The translations under genes were made by a program, and so were the position numbers. 64,000 nt of DNA from Zygnema circumcarinatum SAG 698-1b (Eukaryota; Plantae; Zygnematophyceae): assembly GCA_037447605.1 (NCBI GenBank), contig CM074814.1, forward strand, positions 2,604,001 to 2,668,000, in the 5' to 3' direction. This document shows, in pieces, positions 58,701 to 64,000 of this stretch; within the stretch, counting starts at the first letter, position 1, and each line of letters starts with the position of its first letter. The notes beneath the pieces are model-generated. The model was given only the letters and a program-made list of their open reading frames with translations, was not told the origin of the DNA and did no database searches.

Positions 58701-61700
58701 CTGAACCCCAACCCCAACCCCTAACCCCAACCCCTAACCCCAGCCCGAACCCCAACCCCAACCCCACCCGAACCCCAAACTTGTAACCCCTAACCCCGAA
58801 CCCCAACTCGACCCAACCAACTGAACCCATCGATCGACCAGTTGATGAACTCGACTCAGTTGAACCTTGACCTGAACATCTGAACCCATCAAACCTACGG
58901 GCCCTAAAACGCTTAAACCCTGAAAGCCCTAAAAACCATCGTTTAACTCAAACTCTTGGAAATTCCTCGTACAAACAAAAAAACCCTAATTCCTTGGTCC
59001 AATAGCGACCGGACTCGCCTGAGGTGCCCCGCCCAAGTCGGTGCACAGGAGCCGCGTTCCATGTGGTCCGCAGTTGGCCGTCGTCCGTAACGGCTCCGCG
59101 CGGCAGTTCGCTGTCGCCCGAGGCCGGCTGCTGGCCAATGGGAAGGTGACATGTGGCAGGGGTGATGACGTCGCCGGCGGACCAATCCCGTGCGGACACG
59201 TGGCGCGTTTCAAGCAAGGTCAAGACCGTTCTTTGGTGGAAAAATCCTCCGCGGATGACTTGTAGGCCCGCGGGCTTGTCCACAACTAACTGCATTTGTA
59301 CCCCAATGATGAGATATTATAAAAAAAAAAAAAAAAAATCAAAACGCGGGAAGGAGAACGGTTGGAGAGTTCGAAATAGAAAGGGGGACAAAAAAAAGGG
59401 TCTTTAATTACCCTTTAAAACAAAATAGAAGAATCCATATTAAAATTGAGATTGAAATTTGTACGTTTTAATTGTATGGGAAGCTATCTACACACCTGTT
59501 TTAGCTAGATACACACCTTTCGCCGGTCAGATTTTAGGGTTTTCATTTAACCAAAAAGGTGTGTATCTATCCAAAAAAGGTGTGTAAATAATAGATTCCT
59601 TAATTTTTTATCAGATACAGTAAAGAGATTTCCGTACAATGTGTTCGTCCTCATACAAGATCGGGAGGCGGTGCGGAGCGGGCGGCTCCCTCCACGGCCT
59701 CCGAAAATAGCGCAGGATGGAGCCCGGGCTGCTGTACCCCATTTACCGGAATTGGTACCAAATGGGGGGAGAGGGAGACGAGAGCAAGGGAGAGAGGGAG
59801 GGGGAGAGAGAGGAAGGGGGGAAGGAGAGAGAGGGGGGGAGTTTGAGAGGGAGAGGGGGGGAGAGGAGAGAGGGGGGGAAGTGGGAGGTTGGAGAGAGAG
59901 TGGGGGAGGGGGAGAGAGGAGAGGGGAGAGGGGGAAGAGAGAGAGGAGAGAGAGGGTGAGAGGGGAGGGAGGGGGAGAACGAGGAGAGGGAGAGAGATGG
60001 AGAGGGAGAGAGAGGAGCGGGAGAGAGAGAGGGAGAGGAGAGGGAAGCGAGAGAGGGAGAGAGGGAGAGAGGGGAGAGGGGGAGAGAGAGGAGAGGGAGA
60101 GAGAGAGGAGCGGGAGAGAGGGAGAGGAGAGAGAGGCGAGAGCGGGAGAGAAGGAGAGAGGGGGAAGAGGTGGAGAGGGGGAGAGGGGGAGAGGGGGAGA
60201 GGGAGGAGAGGGAGAGATGGAGGGAGAGCGAGAGGAGAGGGAGAGAGAGATGTGTATGCAGAGAGGGCGGTTGTGGACCTGATCGGTGTTTCCGGTGAAA
60301 GCAGTTCCGTTCCGTTTAGCGTAATCTGTAATCGGCGTGACAACGGTCACATGCTGAGGCCATTAAACGGAAATAGTTCGCTGGTACGGACGGGCGTTAT
60401 TTCGATCACAAAAGATGGCACCTCAGAACGATTGAAATGAAAAATGTGTTTTGGTAAAAATCCAAAGCATTGACATGATCTTTTTTTGTAAGAAGTTTTT
60501 TCTTTTTCCTGACCTGACCGTTCTTGAAACGTTGGATCCAGCTGCACTCCCCCCCCCCCCCAAAACAAAAAAGAGAAGAACAAATGAATTAAAGTTATTT
60601 AGTAAAACACATTCAAGATTTGGGGTTTTAGGAAAAAAAAATGAATTGTCGAGTTCGACAAGCTTGTTCTCTTAAAGAGGATAAATTCTGAATCGCAACG
60701 GAACCCATGTTAACGGCTTAAAGCTTTAGGGTTTAAAGGTTTAGGGGTAGGATTTAGAGTTTAAGTTTTAGGGTTAGGTCCCAGGGTTAGGGTTTAGCGT
60801 AGGATTTGGGGTTTTAGGCTTTTAAGGTTTAGGGTTTAAGGTTTAAGATTTTAGGGTTTACGGTATTGGGGTTTTAGGGTTAGGGTTCGAAGGTTAGGGT
60901 TTAGGATAAGGGTGTAGGATCTAGGGTTTTAGGATTAGGATTCCAAGGTTAGGGTTTAGGGTAGGATTGGGGTTTTAGGGTTTAAAGGTTAAGGGTTTAA
61001 GGTATTGGGGTTTTAGGGTTAGGCTTTAGGATATGGGTTTAGGGTTTAAAGGTTTAGGGTTAGGGTTTAGGGTATTTTGGTTTAAGGGTTAGGATCCAAG
61101 ATCAGGGTTTAAGGTTTAGGGTTTAAGGGTGAAGGCGCACCCTTCTCTGGCCGCCGAGTGCGGGTATCGCTTCACATAGAAATCGACCGCCGCCGTTCCG
61201 CCAACTGCACGCACCGCGTGACATGGAAAGGGAATGCAACTGAACTGAAACTGAAACTGAACTCACATGTAAACTGTGAGGGAACGAGCACGTCTTAGGA
61301 AGATGAAGGAGATGGAAAAATGGACCATTGGAATGTGTGAAAGAAAAACATGGTTTCTATTGCAATTTGGAAATGCACAATTCAAAGTAAAAGAATTTAT
61401 TTACTTTGCAAGTCCTTTTTTCGAATGCTGTCGGTAAAAATCGCACCGCTGTTCCATTCAGGCCAACCTGTGAAGGAAGCAATCACAACAAATAAGTATT
61501 TTTATTTTTAAAGTCTACAATGTTCTAAATGCAAAAGGGGCGGGTAGAAATTCTAGATCAAGGGTTAGGAATAAAAAAAAAATGTACAAATATATAGTCT
61601 TTTGAAATTATCTTAAAATCTGGATATGAACATCCCGGAGCTTTCAAAACCTGGTTTTTAACCACAAACTAAAAACCCTATTTCCAACTTTCTAACCCTA

Positions 61701-61783
61701 ATTCCAAAAATTGGACTCCAAAGAAACCCTACTTTTCCCTTTCTACCTTTTTCTTCTCCGCCACTTTCTCCGATGACGTCCAT
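51173..61783 (-). CDS. RluA-family RNA pseudouridine synthase homologue (At3g52260 / PUS5 type), multi-exon
   Basis: MDVIG..|GWPEWNSG..|VDFYVKRY..|WIQRFKNGQ|ITLNG..|PWREP...ILYEDEHI|[22 protein letters not shown]...[12 protein letters not shown]|ALLCA..|KVYRAL..|[15 protein letters not shown]..|GKPALS..|GRAHQIRIH...GHPLVG|DPLY..|[10 protein letters not shown]..|stop at 51173. Confidence 0.93.
51590..52510. repeat. GA-rich low-complexity intron with internal 60-70-bp duplications
   Basis: Direct inspection. Confidence 0.85.
53920..54275 (+). repeat. Degenerate TTTAGGG tract filling a PUS intron
   Basis: Direct inspection; the intron acceptor TTTAG falls in a repeat-like unit at about 53878. 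Confidence 0.88.
54408..58830 (-). repeat. 4.4-kb G-rich telomere-variant satellite in an intron: (TTCAGGG)n, (TTGGGG)n, (CTGGGG)n, mixed, (TTGGG)n
   Basis: Plus-strand blocks: CCCTGAA 54408-54545, CCCCAA 54546-54770, CCCCAG 54780-55400, mixed to about 58490, CCCAA 58490-58630. Confidence 0.95.
59760..60250. repeat. GA-rich low-complexity intron
   Basis: Direct inspection. Confidence 0.85.
60720..61130 (+). repeat. Degenerate TTTAGGG tract in a PUS intron
   Basis: Direct inspection. Confidence 0.88.
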
Positions 61784-62506
61784 GTCTCTTTTTTTTTTCC
61801 CGCTCCTTAAGAAATTCGATTCTTTTTCTTCATAATTCGAATTCACTTGTTGGAATTTCTTCTCCGGGGACCACTTTTCATGGGAAAACTTAGTCTGAGA
61901 AAAACCAGTATTAGTAAAAAAGTGCACAAGAGAAGGCCCTCTGAAGCGGCAAAGTTGCAAACCCGGAAACCAAATTTTAGCGATTTTTAGAGTTCTGGTT
62001 TTTGGGTTTTGAAAAAGGTAATTGGGGTATATCGAGGCCTCCAGGGTTTTAGGGTTTTAGGATTTTAGGGTTTCAGGGCTTTCGGGGTTTTAGGGTTTGG
62101 CGGAAGAAAGTGAAGGCATGACGAAAAAAAGATTATGGGATAAAACTTTGGCATGAGATGCACTGCCACGTGGCCCGCTCTCATTGGGCTGGGTCATGCA
62201 GGATGTTAGCAAGCAAGCATGGGAGGGAGAGACGGAGAGGGAGAGGGAGGCGGAAGGAAGGGGAAGGGCGGGAGGGAGAGCGAGGATGGGAGAGTCTTGG
62301 AGGGCGGGAGGGCGGGAGGGAGGGAGGGAGGGAGGGAGGGAGGGTAGGGAGGGAGGGAGGGAGGGAGATAGATACTGAGGGCGGGAGGCGAAGGGGGAGG
62401 GAAGGAGGGCGAGAGGGGGAAGGCGAGAGAAGTACAAGAAGGCGATATGAGCTTTCGAAGTAGGGTGGCGGATCGACTCTGACTCTCCCTTTTCCGCCCC
62501 CCCCCC

Positions 62507-62596
<90 letters not shown>

Positions 62597-63419
62597 CCCC
62601 TCTCTCTCCACCCACATTCCTCTAACCCCCCATTCCATTTCTGCCTCCTTCCCATTCCCTCCTCTCTCCGTCCTCTCTCTCTCTTCCTCCTCCCTCACGC
62701 GCACACACGCACATACTATTCCCAACACATCTTTTGAAACCCTAAAAGTGCATTTTCAGAAACCCTAAAAACCCCTACAAGCCAGCAAACTTGCAAACCA
62801 GAAACCTGCGAAACATTACAAACAAAAAACTTTCAAGTCTTTCCTCTCCTCTCAGCGAAAATGGATGTTGCTGACTTAATTACGCGGTACAATTTTGTAA
62901 AATTTTGCGAATTTCTTCCCCAAAAGTTGGCTTTAGGAAAACCTGCATTCAAATCCTCACTTTTTCTGCGGAAATTTCGGCAAAAAAAAGCGAGAAATAC
63001 TCAATTTCAGGCCGTTAAAATGGAGGGTGAGCCTGAAGCACTCTTTCTCTGTTACTTTTCTCCCCTTTTTTAATTTTTTTTTCGGCCTAAACTGCCTGAA
63101 CCTAAAACCTTAATTCTCAAAACCGCAAGTTTCTCTTCAACAGAAATCCTGGTTTGTAGGTCTAACACTCAATTTGCATCCAAATTTCGAACCCTCCCAA
63201 AAAATAATCATCACTCACTCCACTCCCTCTTTCACTCTTCCCTTCCATTGTACCTCCGTTGACTTGGTTTGAATTCCTTTGACCCTTGCGTTGACTCAAG
63301 TTAAAAAAAAATCTTACCCATTTCGATTAGTCTTTAGGCCTTTTGAAATGACCCAAAATCACTCAATATACTTTTTTATTTCTTTACTTGGGCCAAAAAG
63401 GAAATTATTTTCGAATTTT

Positions 63420-63519
63420 GGAGGATGTGGCCGAGGGACGGATAGCGCCTGCAGATGCTGCTCTCCTTCTGGAAGCTTCCACGCTCCTTCCTCCCACAAA
63501 CCCTAATTCTTCACAGGAG
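63420..63519 (+). CDS. Possible exon of an unidentified gene continuing off the right edge
   Basis: EDVAEGRIAPADAALLLEASTLLPPTNPNSSQE followed by a gag|gtaaag donor; no family recognised. Confidence 0.25.
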
Positions 63520-64000
63520 GTAAAGGGCTTCAACCCAAGATGAAACTTTGCATGTCGAAAATTCTATGTGAATTTTTTGTTCTAGTTTCAAGTTTACTGA
63601 GATTGAAATAGTTTAGGGATTTTTTTAGATAGTTTGGGCTTTTGGGGTTTAGGGTTTTTAGGGTTTTTAGGGTTTTTAGGGATTTGAGGGATTTTTAGGG
63701 TTGACAAGCTTGTACATTTTGAGAAAGAGAGAGAGGGGCAGAAAGGAAGAGAGAGGAAGCGGAGGTAGGGAGAGAGAGGAAAAAGGAGAGAGGGGGAGAG
63801 AGAGAGAGAGAGGCGGGAAGGGCGAGAGTACCGATTTTATTTTTGCCTTTTCTTCAAATAAGGAGCATCCCTTTGTTCAAGCCTTGTTCATATACTTCCT
63901 TTCACTTGGAATGGTGATATTGAATTACTTTGAATCACATTTATTGAGAATTGGGTACAAATGGGGTATAGTTGGCCTTAATGACTTTTGGCAGAGCAGT

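Noticed and set aside
54256-58830. Many ORFs of G/W/L/V or P/Q/N/T repeats
   Set aside because: Translations of hexamer and pentamer satellites inside a defined intron.
54408-58830. (TTGGGG)n as ciliate telomere contamination or a chromosome end/fusion
   Set aside because: It is flanked on both sides by phase-compatible exons of one gene, is highly degenerate and is internal.
65-62655. Numerous R/E/G-rich and S/L/P-rich ORFs
   Set aside because: Translations of GA/CT microsatellites in introns, UTRs and intergenic DNA, some spanning N-gaps.

Overview
Eukaryotic nuclear DNA with spliceosomal introns, plant-type TTTAGGG tracts, many GA/CT microsatellites and four 10-N scaffold gaps. The gene set points to a streptophyte green alga, possibly a zygnematophyte (inference). 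The left half (about 1.5-29 kb) is a transposon nest. It holds a young but disrupted Ty1/copia (4831-10543), an intact Ty1/copia (13002-18593) nested inside an older solo LTR that interrupts an O-fucosyltransferase-like gene, and a 6-kb long-TIR element. That TIR element contains a CRE-clade LINE (itself hit by a 608-bp solo LTR) and a fold-back element (itself hit by a 444-bp TRIM). The right half is genic: CAMTA (-), an At5g62650-type Tic22-like gene (+), a pyrophosphatase-fold protein lacking its catalytic residues and carrying a long S/P/T tail (+), and an At3g52260-type RluA pseudouridine-synthase homologue (-) with a 4.66-kb G-rich GC-AG intron. Strongest leads: (1) a TRIM whose LTRs carry a tRNA-like Pol III module and share both termini with a nearby 608-bp LTR, a candidate parasite/helper pair; (2) copia LTRs that contain the gag ATG, where nested LTRs twice placed an in-frame ATG onto the 3' half of a host glycosyltransferase; (3) a 5'-terminal hairpin and GTAC clusters shared by LTR families with different sequences; (4) the pseudo-pyrophosphatase. 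All homology calls are from recalled motifs, not database searches.
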